Positions 39,628 to 53,312 of a DNA stretch of 64,000 bases are shown one piece after another. A model generated the notes under the pieces. The model was given only the letters and a program-made list of their open reading frames with translations. It did no database searches and was not told the DNA's origin. How positions within the stretch are numbered: the stretch's first letter is position 1; each line of letters opens with the position of its first letter. The DNA lies in contig NC_089435.1 in assembly GCF_026210795.1 (NCBI RefSeq), positions 4,340,001 to 4,404,000 of the forward strand, written 5' to 3'. The position numbers and the translations under genes were made by a program. Source of the stretch: Rhizophagus irregularis. Lineage: Eukaryota.

Positions 39628-42600
39628 TTTCAATTCAGAATAAAGTGCTGTTTGGCAAAGGAGCAAATATACGTGGTCGGTTGTTACACCAATTGGTGAT
39701 CTGGATATTCTTAGAGATTGTTTTTGTTATCATTGTACGTATTGTACGGTACACGTAATCGGAGCTAAATTAGTACTTTAAATTCCGGAAATCCGGAATT
39801 TTTGAGATAACGGACTTTTTTTTTGCATGCCGGCACATTGTAAATAACGAATCATTACATTTTTTAATGATGGTTGGATTGGAAGAGAATATTAATTAAT
39901 ATTGATATTACAAGCATAGCGGCCTTTCGTTTTATCACAATGTCGATCATTTTCCGATACTTTACGATTTTTTTTTAATACTCGCTTCTGGTGAAATTCA
40001 CTGACTTCGCCTTGATTTGTATAATATATTTAAAAGTAAAAAATTTCGGTGAAATTCAATACTAGTGTTTACAATACGCGTGATTATGGTAAATATTTTA
40101 TCCCTAACATATGAAAACGCCATTTTTCTTTTTTTATTTTTTCGTGTTCTTTTCTTCTTTCTTTTGGATAATACTGATTTACAATCATTTATAACATTTA
40201 GGAAAGTAATATATACTTTTTTATGATGGTTATAATAGTGCTTTGAATGAAAATTTTTATAATATATTGAAACTTTAATTCGTGATACTAAATAAACACT
40301 AACATATTTAATACATAATGAGTTTATTTTTTATTTTACTTTATTTGATGACAGTTAACGAATTAAATAATAATGTAAACCTTTTGTTATATTACAAACT
40401 TATCAACAATAATTTTTAGTAGTGTTAATAACACAATTTTTTTCTTCCTATTTCGAATCATTTAATATAAACTTGTCATCACATTTACCTTTTTTAATAA
40501 TGGTTTTAAGAGTATCCCTTAAACTGTTTTGCAGGCAAATTTGCCTGCAATTTTGTTTTTTAATAACACTTTTAAATGTCTTAAAATGTTTTATTATATA
40601 AACCAAATATTTTTGTAAATATTTTCTAAGTAAAAATCGAAAAAAAGTTAATTTGATTTTAAATGATTTTTTAAAAGTAAATGATCGGCAAATTACAACA
40701 AATAGTATTTAAATTGAAATATCTTTTTATATATTATTCCTAAAAATATAAAATTATCACCATTTGATGAGAAGAATCTGATAGAATAAAAATTGTTCTT
40801 CTACAAATATTATGTAACAGGATATTTTATAAAATCTAAAAATTTATAAATTAATAACTTTTTATCTATTAATTTTAAAGTTATAATTTATTACCATTAA
40901 ATGCACCTCAATAAGAGGAATCTAACAAACCTAATTTCATCTTTCTATGATCACTAGATCTTAAGATATTTTAAAATTTCAAAAATTTTTAAAATTAATT
41001 TTAGCAGCTAATACAGCCAACAAGAATTTTTTATATAAATAAATAGTTTTTATTTTATTTTCATACTAAATAAATTAAAATCTAATTTCTTTTAATAAAT
41101 TATAAGTATTAGCATCATTAGAACTTCACACAGGTCAGGTCAGGTTAGGTTATTTGGTTAACTTGAACTGATATTTTTTTCAGGTCAGTTCAGATTGGAT
41201 AACCTGTTCTGACCCAACCAGACCTGTTAACCCAAAAATATTCAGGTTAATTCAAGTTACTTCAGGTAACCTAATTGCTGAAAGGTTTAATAAATTGTAA
41301 TAACTTTATTAAAAAATATTGCAAACCATTTTTTAGATAGTTTAATTTAAAAAAAATGTTGCAAAATGTTTTTTTTATTAAAGCAGAATGCATATCTGTG
41401 AATTACTACTATGTTAAAATATGTTAAAACAGAATGCATATTTGTGAATTGTGAATTACTATATTAAACCAGAATGCATATTATTTATTATTCTTATTTT
41501 TCTTAAGTTTGAAGTTAACGTTCCAGCCAAAAGCTCTGAGCAACGATATTATTAGAATTACTGAACCAATCGCCAGAGAACTAGTTTAAAATGGCAAAAC
41601 TTTCATTTTTGCATTAAAGTCACGTTTCTATCAATCATGTTGGCCTTAAAGCCAGTAAGTTTTTGATTTAAGTTGCTTATTTTTTCATTTGTCTTGGAGA
41701 CTCTATTAATCATGTTGATCTTAAAGCAGTAAAATCTTGCCTGAATGAGTTAAATTAAGTAGAAATATCTTACAAATTCTTTAAACTTTCTGTTTCATTT
41801 ATTTAATTGTGATGAAAGACGCATCCTTGAACTATTTGTTTATTAAAAAGGAACCTCAATGTATTATTACATCAGATATTGAATGCAGAATAATTAACTA
41901 TGTTCACACTTATTAGCATGAAAAACTTTTGAAGTAAAAGAAAACATTTTTGCTTTGATAATCTAAAATCTGAAAAAAAAATGAATCTGAAAAAAGAATA
42001 TGGTAATTTATATATTTTTTTGTTATATAATCATGATTCATTTAAAAGTTTACTGTATTACAAAGGTTCATTAGTTAGACATGATTCATTTGATCATTAG
42101 TAATAATAAGTTTGAGGTTAATCATTAATCATATTAGTAATAAGTTTGAGGATTATTTATTTAATTATTAATCATACTAGTAATAAGTTTGAGAATTATT
42201 TATTTGATCATTAATCATTTAGAGCCAACATTTTTTTTAATTACAATTTCTGTAGATAAGGTGTTATTAATACAATAATATTCCAAAATTTCTGATAACT
42301 AATAGTGAGTGGACATAACCAAAAGGAGGTGATTGATTCCATATGATTTATTTTTACTTCATTCACGCTGTCACAGAATCCTCCAGACTGAAAGATAGTT
42401 CTGTTGCCAGTTGCCACAAATTGCGACTGTATATAAATTTACTGAATAATGCTTGGTTTATTTCTTCTTGATTAATTTTTATTAATTCATTTATCATTTC
42501 ATCTAATAAAATCATATTTCCTACAAGGCTACAATTATCCTTTTATCAACTAGATGAGTTCTCACAACTTTGATAAAAGTTAAGCCATAATACCAATTTA

Positions 42601-43819
42601 CTCAGATATTACATAATAATAACAGTACAATTCTAAAGGATAAACCATATTTAATGGGATTTATAATGTATAATATTATTGTTTTTTGTCATTATTATTA
42701 TTCTTTTTATTAACCATTATATTTGTATTGATTTATTTATATTTCCTTATTCTTAAATTATTTTCATATACTTGATGTATTTTCCTGTTCATTTTCCACT
42801 TTCATACTTAATTTCCATATTTCCACTTTTATATTAATAATATCCTAAAATTAACCTGTAAACACATTTTTACCCAAAACATTTCCTAAAATATCCCAAA
42901 AATCATTTTTTCTTATAAGAAAAGGTTAAACATTTGAATTAAAGTAATTTATATGTAAATATAATTTTTATTATTCATAATTTTAGGATTTTATTCTTAT
43001 GTTTAAATGATAAAACTGCTCCTGAAAGTTAGTCATAACTGACTCCTTTTTATACATCATTACTGAGAAACTTACTTCTAATAATTTAATTAAATACATT
43101 ACATCATTATATTATTTGTACTACTATACTACCTATGACTTTATACCTTGTCATGTGGCTTATCACGTGACTTGTATTACCAACTATTCTTGCTTTGTGT
43201 AACTATATTATATGACTTACTGCGCCTCCTTACATAATCTACTACATTAGCTTGCCATGACTGACAAATTAACTATATAATTTAATTAATAATAAATAAC
43301 TAATATAATTTTAATGAAATATAATTATTTAATAAATAATAAATATTATTAAATATAATTCTAACTATATATTATACTTGATAAATTATTCTGTGATATC
43401 TTTCTAAAATCTGCGGTTACAATGCCTCTACTAATATATTTTTGTCTGAAAATTTCAAGAGATCTTTTCAAGCATCTGGACTGGATTTTTCAAAATATAA
43501 CTGCAATATTTTTCACTGTCTTGACTATCAATTAACCAGTAGCCTTTTGGATATCAATGCTTCTTTTTGCATATAGAGCAGATTTAATAGATACAGTAAA
43601 AATCTATTTGACCTATCTATACTAGCATGAAGATCTAAATATAAGTTAGTCTTTTTGAATTGATTTATTACAAAATTAATAAACTTCTCATATTTTTCTT
43701 TTAACAGCTTCTTCTAAAAAGAAATGAGTGGGATAAAGTTAGAAGAATTAGAGTCATGAGTTAATGGAATAGATACAGTTGGAATATTTACCTCAGCTAA
43801 ATCAAGGTATTTGCTTGCA

Positions 43820-45230
43820 CCTCTGATACATTAGTCTGATTATTCCCTGAAGGAATAGTTTTTAAAGTCTCATGACTCTGATTGTTACCATTGGTAACAC
43901 TTTTCAAAGTTATATATATTATTTATATAATCTATAATATTTGAATTTGAGTATTGTTTATATCACTTACATTACAAGTAACTAACTTAATTCTATTGAT
44001 CTTGACCTCTTTTTTTCCAAATAGTATAAAAATATTTTTAGCTTGATGTGTTTAGATTCGCAAATTAGTATCCAGAATAACATTAGGTAAATACTGTAAC
44101 ATATTTTTGTATACCATCAATCTTGCTGTCTTATCTTTAGTCTTGCCATCAGTTGTAATCTTTTTAACTTTTTTTTCAAACTTAAAGAAATATGATACAA
44201 GTATAAGATTTCTTTTAGACCCATTTTTATAGCTTCATCAATCCAATAAGTTAATCTCTGCGTAAAGCTTTCAATTATGTTGATTAAGATGGACTCATCA
44301 TGTAGTTAAAGTTGCCTGCCTAAATCTCTCCAAAATTCTACGATTAGTTTCTCCAAGATTTTACTATATTATTATTATAGTTTTGGAAGCTTTTGTTTGC
44401 AGTTTTGCATTTATAATAAGTTTTATCAGGTTTCGCTTTTCTCTAACTTTTTAATAAGACTTTCATATAGTTTTGGCAAAGTTTCAGCATTTCAGCATTT
44501 CGTTAACTTGCCAAAACCCTCTAGTTTCTCCAGCAACCTTACATGTATTTCAACCGATACCACTGAAGAAATAGGTTTAGAAAAATCAATCTTCAAGATT
44601 TGTTCAGTGATTTAATTTCTATCAAGCGGTTGTGTAGAAATCAGCCCAGACATTTTATCAAATGAGACATCCTCACTATCGGCACAAGTGATTATTTTCA
44701 TGTTACATAATAAGTTGCTTTAGTATCCACCTTCTCAATAGATAACGAAACAGAGATATCATTGCCTGTACTGAGTGATAGTTTCAAATCTACTATAATT
44801 TCTGTATTAGATGATAAGTCATAATATTGAAGCTTCTTTTTCTTATTGCATTATCTTATTTTATTACTAACACTTTTCTTATATGCTTTATTTAAGGATT
44901 TATCCATCTTTCTCTTCGCCGATAACTTGGTGTTGACCTCTGGTAACACTTCTGATACCATATCATTTACTTTACAAATAGGCACATATTGCTTAAACTG
45001 GTCTACTATAGAATCATTATCAGCAGATACCTCTGGTAATATCTCTAGTATCGCTTTCTTATCATTTTGTAGTTGTCCATCCACTACCACAGAACTCTTT
45101 TCCACTACCGCAAGTCTAACCTTAAGCCCTGCATTTTTCTGCTTTAATTCCTTTTTATTAGCATCACACCTCTCATTATATTTTCTATTTGCTTTTAGAA
45201 ACTCAATATTTCTATGCTTAAGGGTAGAAT
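43820..45230 (-). pseudogene. Decayed member of an expanded Glomeromycota hypothetical family (coiled coil ...KKSVSNKIR...KTARLMVYKNMLQYLP)
   Basis: Minus-strand fragments ELKQKNAGLKVRLAVVE, MDKSLNKAYKKSVSNKIR and KDKTARLMVYKNMLQYLPNVILDT, with numerous stops. A related coiled-coil stub lies at ~45810-45920. Confidence 0.5.
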
Positions 45231-46029
45231 ATATCTATATAATCATTTTTTATTAATTACCATGGCTAATTATGTCACATGTAAAATGATTGGTATGTAT
45301 AAAAAATTTTACTAATTTAAATTAAAGAAACATAAAATTTAATAAAGAATAAAGTAAAATTGCTAATTTTCCTTAAAAAAAATACCACAAAAAACTAACT
45401 ACTTCGTTGAGAACCTATCTTATAGTAAACTAATATTTACAATCAATAATTTTGGCATAATAAAAATAAAGAACTGAAACTAATATAAAGATTAAATATA
45501 TCAACTAATCTATCAGTTATAGTACATTAAAATAGTTTTTTGTTTCATGTATTTTATAACCTAATATGTTTAAAAAAAACAAAAATATTTTATTAATTTA
45601 GAAATAGTAATTATAATATAATATATAAACCAAATTATAATAAATAACTTTTTTTTCTTTCTTTATTAGTTCCAAAAAGCTTATACAAAAAATATGAAAA
45701 AGGTTTGGTACAAATTGCCATTTTTTTATTAGACCAAACTTTTTTTGTATTACTTTGAAATTGACATTCCATCATGTAACTATTAAAATTAATTATAGTG
45801 TATACTCAACCAGCTATTTTAGCATCAGAAACTAAGAGCTTTCTTCTAAGATCAGATATTTTAGCATTTTCAGCCTCAAGTTCAATGATATGCTGTTTCA
45901 ATACTTCAAGTTTAGATAATATGATTTATATATATAACTAATATACTGTATATATTAAAGTATTCAAAATAAAAAAAATATGTATTTTTAGTCAGGGCCC
46001 TTAGCTGAAATTTGCCAAGAAAATTTTTT

Positions 46030-46790
46030 ATTAATACATTAACTTATGATAAAACCAGATGCTAATCAGTGAAAAACTGAAGATTTAATTAAATAGGTAA
46101 ATATTTTTTATTTATATTTAAAAATAATAATTTAAATTTAAATTACCTTATAATTAGATTATTAAAAAGCTATTACAATTTTGAAAATTGTATTCTGATG
46201 ATATTGATGTATTTGTATTTGATAATGCAACAAAAATAAATCTTAATCTGAATGGTAAAAAAAAATTTAAAAATGGAATAATACCTGATCCCTGATGGTT
46301 CAATATAGCTAATACATTTTTTAAATAAAAGACCTAAAGAAATTTATTTAGTTTAAGAGGAATGTGGATTATAACTAGAAAGAAGTATAAACCATATTTG
46401 TTCTAACTGTAAAAAATATGCAAATAATTGTTGTACAGTTCAAATACTTTCATTTCAACCAGATTTTTTAGCTCAAAGGTCATTAATTAGAAAAATTATT
46501 AAGATTGTAAATATAAAGTTATCTTTTATTCTAAATTTTATTGTAAGCTTAATTTTATTGAGATATTTTAGAATATTACTAAACTATATCTTCATAATAA
46601 TTATGATTATTCTTTCAAGAAATTAGAAAAAATAGTTTTTAAAATATTGAATTTAATTTCTTTAGAAACAATTAGAAGTTATACATGATTTTAGAGATAT
46701 ATATAGAAAAGAATTAACAGGTATAGAAGCATTATATATTGTAAAAAAATATAAGTTACATTAAAAAATTCCTGATAATGTAATAAATGT
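46030..46790 (+). pseudogene. Highly decayed Tc1/mariner-IS630-type DDE transposase
   Basis: Residual motifs FVFDNAT, QPDFLAQRSLI, KVIFYSKFYCKLNFIE (cf. PKFHCELNxIE), SLETIR and VKKYK; many stops. Confidence 0.6.
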
Positions 46791-46994
46791 ATATTTTAAG
46801 AATCATTTTAACTCTCACTGGAGGTGAAATTCACTAGAAGTAATTTTTACCAGATCACGTGATTTATAATTATTTTTATTAAAATTTGTTTTTGAACAAA
46901 GTACAATTTTTAATTTTTAACATCTCTAATTATAATGCAATGCATATATATAGTATATTACATTATTGTTACTAATTGTTAAATAATCAAATGA

Positions 46995-47440
46995 TTTAAT
47001 AAACTTGAATAGATAATAAGAGAGTGAAGGTAGTGATAAAAGAATGAAAATAATGATGAAATGTAAAAAGAGTGAAAATAATGATAAAGAGCAAAAGTAA
47101 TGATAAAGAAACGAAAATATAATGAAAATATGTAAAAAAAATAAAATAGACGATGAGAAAGTGAAAATGATGATGAAACATATAAAGAAACAAAATAGAT
47201 GATGAGAGAGTAAAAATGATGATGAAAAAACATAAAGAGGCGAAATAGATGATAAAGAAGTGAAAATGATGATGAAAAATGTAAACAAATAAAATAAATG
47301 ATGAGGAAGTGAAAATGATGATGAAAAAATATAAACAAATAAAATAAATAATGAGGGAGTGAAAATGATGATGAAAAAATGTAAAGAAACAAAATAGATG
47401 ATGAAGAATAAAAATGATGATGAAAAAACGTAAAGATGCA
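46995..47440. repeat. Purine-rich ~50-bp minisatellite (AAAATAGATGATGAGGAAGTGAAAATGATGATGAAAAAA...)
   Basis: Tandem units directly visible; same family as the blocks at 52760-53312 and 56375-56760. Confidence 0.85.
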
Positions 47441-47600
47441 AATATATACTCCCCAAACAATATATATATAGGTCAGATAAAAAATTCAAAATTTACTAAG
47501 GTCAATAAGCAAATATTTTTCATGTCTGCTAAGTAAACTTTTATCTAACCCATAAATTTTTTACACTGCTAAGCAATTTATTTTATGACATATATATATT

Positions 47601-47731
47601 TACTTTACAGAAACTTATCATTTTTAATCAATATAGAATCGATATCGTTAAGTTTATCTTAACGGTATCATTTTAATATCATTTTAATATCAAAATGATA
47701 TCACTTGAAAACTTAAAGTTTCTGTAAAGTA
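47601..47731. mobile_element. Small MITE, ~130 bp
   Basis: Perfect 16-bp inverted ends TACTTTACAGAAACTT / AAGTTTCTGTAAAGTA (the terminal TA may be the TSD). Confidence 0.75.
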
Positions 47732-49129
47732 TATATAATTTTTTTATAAAATATGTATATAAAAAAAACTAAACCAAAAATTTTTGAAATAATGTATGGA
47801 TAAAGCTATTATTATTTTTTTGTAATATTACAACTTATAAATGTTTCTTATTAATATTTCGTATATCTGTTCTGTGACTTCAGAGCGTAATTTAGGCACT
47901 TTAGTCAAAGGAAATATCCAAAACCTTCTTAAATAAAGTTGTTCAGCAGGTTCGAATCTACTTACATATAAATTTTTATCATGATTGAATAGATATTTAT
48001 AGATTTATTCATGTTTTTTGTAACGCCACCAATACACAGAATTTTTATTTTTAAAAAAATATTTTTAAAAAATTTTCTAAGTAAAAATGAAATAACTTTT
48101 ATTGATTATTACAAAAATTATAGTGTAAAATTATAAAAAAACAGAAAAACACTTATTTTTCCCTTCCCATCCACCTGTTGCTCTCATTTTCAATATATAT
48201 TTTTTTACTGTTACACAGATGCATATATGATTTATAATTTTAATGTTACGCAGACGCGTATTTGTTTTTTGTTTTATCAAAAACACATTACACAATCACG
48301 TCTAAAAATGGTTCCTGTATTATGTATACAATTAACTTATTCTTTGTATTAAAAATAGTAATTTTTTTTTACATAAACATATTTATAACTTTCATCGGAA
48401 AATTTTTTAAGATGCAGAATTGCGAAGATCTGTAAAATTAGTAGATCTCCGCATTTTTTATATGAATTTATGTGGAAGTCTGCAATTATGCAGATTTTTA
48501 CTTTTTATTTTTTACAAAATTATGCAATAATCTGCGATTTTGCATGTTTCCGATTTTTTATGTATGCATTTCTGTGGTAATCTGTAATTTTGCAGATTTC
48601 TGCTTTTTTTTATGTGAAATTTATGTGGAAGTCTGCAATTTTGCAGATTTTTGCTTTTTTTTCATTAAAATATCAGTTCAATCTGCAATTTCATTATTGA
48701 TTTAATATTTAAACTTTGATTAACTCTAACTTGATTTAATACCTAAATGATTTTTTCTACAATACTCTTTAAAAAAAAAAACTTTACAAGACTTTAAAAA
48801 ATAATTTTTTCTACTACAGCACTTATTACTAAAGAAAAAAACTTTGTGAAATAATTTTTTCTACACCACCTTTTAGGAAATAACCTGTTAAAGATTCCAA
48901 AGAAAAAATATTTCTATTATTTTTTAAGCTTCGAAGCTTATCAGAGAAATTTTTTTTTTAAAAAAAAAATTTATTTGCAAAGTTTCGGAGTCTTTAAGGC
49001 AAATTCGTCCAACATTCGGTACATGCAGGGAAATCAGAACTAAAAAAAGAGTCATATTCTTTTTTTTTCTTCTTTGAAAAAAAAAAATTTTTTTTAATGA
49101 ACATCAGTTAACATTCAGTTTGTAAATCA

Positions 49130-52100
49130 AAAACATAATAGAGCCTATTGTCAATTTTAATTTGAAGGTATATCACCTCTGAAACTTTAATTGTTTTTAG
49201 AGAAAAAAAATTTTTTTATATTACATAGGTTTCAGATAGAACCTATCGATGATTTAGTTTGGAATTCAGAGGTATGCTTACCTCTGAAATTTAATTTATT
49301 TTTTTAAAAAAAAATAATTTTTTTTTTATATTATATAGGTTCCGGATGGAATCTATCGATGATTTTGAAATTCGAAGGTATATTAACTTCCAAATCTTTA
49401 ATTTATTTTAAAAAAAAATAATAATTTTTTATTATATTTTATAGGTTCCAGATGGAACCTATCAAAGATTTTAGAATTCAGAGGTATGCTTACCTCTGAA
49501 TCTTAATTTATTTTTAAAAAAAAAATAATTTTTTATTATTATATAAGTTCCAGATGGAACCTATTGATAATTTTTGGAATTCAGAGGTATGCTTACCTCC
49601 GAAACTTAATTTATTTTAAAAAAATAATTTTTTTATTTAACAAACGCCACTAATATTCGTTTTTCATATTTTTAAGTCCTGGAAGCCAAAGTACAGCTCT
49701 GAACATTTATTTCGAAAGTATAAGACCTTTGAATAACTTTTTTTAATTAAGTTATCTAATGAACATTGCTAACGTTCGATTATATATTCTAGACATCGAA
49801 GAACGGTTCTGGACATATATTTCAAAGGTAAAATTTACCTCTGAATTTTTTTTTTATTTTATTTATACTTACGAACGTTAATTTATGTTCATTTTTACAT
49901 TTTATAAGTCCTGAACGCTAAAGAATGGCACTGAACTCTAATTTTGAAGGTAAACTTTACCTTCAAATTGTTTTTTTAATTTTATTTTAACGAACGTAAC
50001 TTATGTTCATTTTTTTACATTTTATAGGTTCTGGACGCCAAAGAATAGCTCTGGACGTTAATTTTGAAGATAAAGGTCGAAGGTAAAACCTATATATACC
50101 TTTGATTTTTTTTATATTATTATTTAACAACGTTAATTAATGTTCATTTTTATATTTTATAGGTCCTGGACGCCAAAAACAGCTTTGGACTTTACTTTGA
50201 AGGTAAAACCTTCAAAAAAAAAAATTTTTTTTTTTATTAACTTTATTGATGAACGTTAACTAACATTTCATCTTATTTTTTTAGATGAAGGAAGCTGAAA
50301 CTGAGTTCCGGGCTCCTATATTGAAGGTAAAACAAACCTTCGAAAAAAAAAATCAATTTTTTAAAATTAATTTATATTGATGAACGTTAACTAACATTTC
50401 ATCTTTTTTTTAGTTAAAGTAAGCCAAAACTGAGTTCCGGGCTCTCATATCGAAGGAAAATCTTTGAAAAAAAAAAAATATTTTTTTTTTTTTAATTAAT
50501 ATAATGAACGTTAAACTAATGTTTATTTACTTTTGTTTTAGTTAAAGGAAGTCGATTAACAAGCTGGACTTCCATATCAAAGATAAAGCCTTTGAAAATT
50601 TTTATTATTTTATTTAATGAAACATTTTCTAATGTTTCGTTTTTGTATTTTGTAGGAACACGGCACTCTGGACGCTTTCTGAACAGAATTTCGAAGGTAA
50701 ACTTTAAAATTCTGATTTTTTTTTATTTAAACAAAACGTTTCTAATGTGCGTTTCAGTTTTCTTTTTTTTGTAGGTTTCGGTACTCTATAGGTTCCCAAA
50801 ACAAGTAAAAGGTAAGTTTCGCAATATCTCATTGCGAAACTTTAAAATTTTTTTTATTTTATTAAGAACGTTTCTAACGTTCTTTTAATTTTATTTTATA
50901 GGTTCCGGTACTTTAAGGTCTGAAACTTCAATATAGTAAGTTTCGTGACAAATTTTTGTCACGAAACTTATATTTTTTTTATCTTTATTATAAAAGAATA
51001 TTTTTAACATTCTTTTATTCTTTTTTTTTAGGTTTTTATAAGGTTGCCTGCCGAAACTAAAAAGGAAATTCCGAAAGGTTTCGGCCAATCAAATCAAATG
51101 CCGAAAATGCCGAAATTAGGCAGAAACTCGGTCTTAATTTTGGCCAAAATTAAAATTCGGCCGAAATTATGATATTGTGTCACATGACGTTACACAAATT
51201 TCCAAAAAAAAGAAATTTTGTTTCCCAGTAAAATCGGAGAAATGTGTCCACAAATGTTACACAAATTTCCATAAAAGGAAATTTACATGTCGATCATTAT
51301 TCCGGCCAGAATTATAGTATTAATGTTGGCCAATAAGTTCAGCCAAATTTCGGCCTTTCGGTAAAAGTTTCGGCATTGTATAATTTTGGCAAATTTACTT
51401 TTAATTGCCTAAACTTTCGGTTTTAAAAAAGTTTCAGCCTTGGCCTAAACTACTTGATTTCGGCAAGCAACCTTAGGTTTTTGGCTTCCAGATAGAATTC
51501 GAAGGTAATACTTTGAAATTATATTCTTTTTTTTATTTTATTTAAACAAAACGTTAATTAACGTTTCAGTTTTATTTTTTGTAGATTTTCACCTCTAGGA
51601 CGAAATTTCAAAGGAAAACCTTCAAATTTTTAGTTTTTTTTTTATTTAAACAAACGTTCACTAACGTTTGTACTTCCTTTTTTTTAGGTAAAGAAGCCAA
51701 AAGATAAGTTCCAGACTTTCATCAAAGGTAAAACAAACCTTCAAAAAAAAAATAATTTTTTTTTTTTAATTTTATTGACGAACGTTTACTAATGTTCATT
51801 CTTCTTTTATTTTAAGTTTCAGATTCACATTTTGCTAAAAGTTCTTAGGATGGTGAACTGTAATGGTGAAGAACTTCAAAGGTAAACACTTTGAAGTTTT
51901 TTTTTTGTTTTGCTTTCTTTAACGAACATTATACTAATATTCATTTTTTTCTTTTATTTTAGGTTACAGTTTCCCATTATGAAGAACTTTAAAGTATTTA
52001 AGAACTTCAAAGGTAAATACTTTAAAGTTTTATTTTTTAATGATCATTATACTAATGATCGTTTCTTTTATGTTTAGATCCTGGACTGCTGGATTATATA
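49130..52100 (+). repeat. Diverging tandem array of ~21 micro-exon + GT-AG intron units (~110-130 bp)
   Basis: Recurrent T-tract-TAG|GT..., GAAG|GTA(A/T) and AACGTT...CTAAC/TTAAC motifs; unit sequence drifts gradually along the array. Confidence 0.8.
51039..51475. mobile_element. hAT-type MITE nested in the array
   Basis: TIR TAAGGTTGCCTGCCGAAA versus TAAGGTTGCTTGCCGAAA; 8-bp TSD GGTTTTTA / GGTTTTTG; GCCGAA subterminal repeats. Confidence 0.85.
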
Positions 52101-52759
52101 TTTCGAAGCTGCTTGCTTCAAAATTTTTTTTTCATTTGTAAATTTCCGTTGTTTGTTGGAATCGAACCAACTGGAATAATGTTCCAAACCATTAACAATA
52201 TGTAAATGTGTAGTAAAGAGATGATGAATAGCAATGACTAGTAATAGATTTCAATTGTATTTGTAAACTTGTTAATATATAATAAAAAAGTAATTTTAAT
52301 TATATAAATAAATTAGTAATTAATGCAATAAATTAATTTGTATTATTGTGACGCAGATTTTTACTGAAAAAAATTGCTGAGATATTTCAAAGATTTTTTA
52401 TTTAAAAATCTGCGCAGAATTTTGTTATTTATAAAATCTACACAGTTTTTTATTGGATTTTTCCTCTAATGTTTTACGCCAGGATATAAGATCTGCGCAG
52501 ATCTGCTCCCCAAAAAATTTCCTGATGTTGTTTACATATTTTATTAGATTTTTTTAATGTGAAAAATGTAAATATATATTATATATATATATTAAAAAAA
52601 TATATTCTGCTACGCAAATATATATCTGACTATTAATAATTATATCTGACTATTTAAAAATTATGTTATCAAATAAGCAATAATAAATCTCACATAGGAA
52701 AAATTTTTATATGTTGGTTAAGCAAACTCAAAACCTACCTTTATATATATTGTTCAGGG

Positions 52760-53312
52760 TCCTGATGAAATAGATAATGAGGGAATGAAAATAAAATAGA
52801 TGATGAGGGAGTGAAAATAATAATAAAAAATATAAACAGATAAAATAGATGATGAAGGAGTGAAATGATGATGAAAAAATGTAAAGAAACAAAATAGATG
52901 ATGAGGAAGTGAAAATAATGATGAAATAATGTAAAAGGACGAAATAGATGATGAGGAAGTAAAAATGATGATGAAAAAACATAAACAAACAAAATAGATG
53001 ATAAAGGGTGAAAATGATGATAAAAAAACATAAACAGATGAAATAGATAATGAGGAAGTGAAAATGATGATTAAAAAACATAAACAAATAAAATAGATGA
53101 TGAGAAAGTAAAAATAATGATGAAAAAGCATAAACAAATAAAATAGATAATGAGAGAGTAAAAATAATGATAAAAAAACGTAAACAGATAAAATAGATGA
53201 TGAAGGAGTAAAATGATGATGAAAAAATGTAAAGGGACAAAATAGATAATAAGGGAGTAAAAATGATGATGAAAAAACATAAACAAACAAAATAAATAAT
53301 AAGAAAATGAAA
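52760..53312. repeat. Purine-rich ~50-bp minisatellite, left part (interrupted by the 53313-56374 element)
   Basis: Tandem units; the register continues at 56375 after the insertion. Confidence 0.85.

Larger units (their letters stand above)
48393..52527. mobile_element. Non-autonomous Plavaka/CMC-type element carrying an internal tandem array
   Basis: Ends CATCGGAAAATTTTTT ... AAAAAATTTCCTGATG, flanked by TT on both sides; subterminal TCTGC/GCAGA repeats at both ends; the TIR resembles the Plavaka end at 57826. Confidence 0.75.

Noticed and set aside
46926..47489. Phe/Ile/His-rich ORFs here and at 52728-53328 and 56196-56838
   Set aside because: Open in several frames of a low-complexity minisatellite; artefacts of a stop-poor repeat strand.
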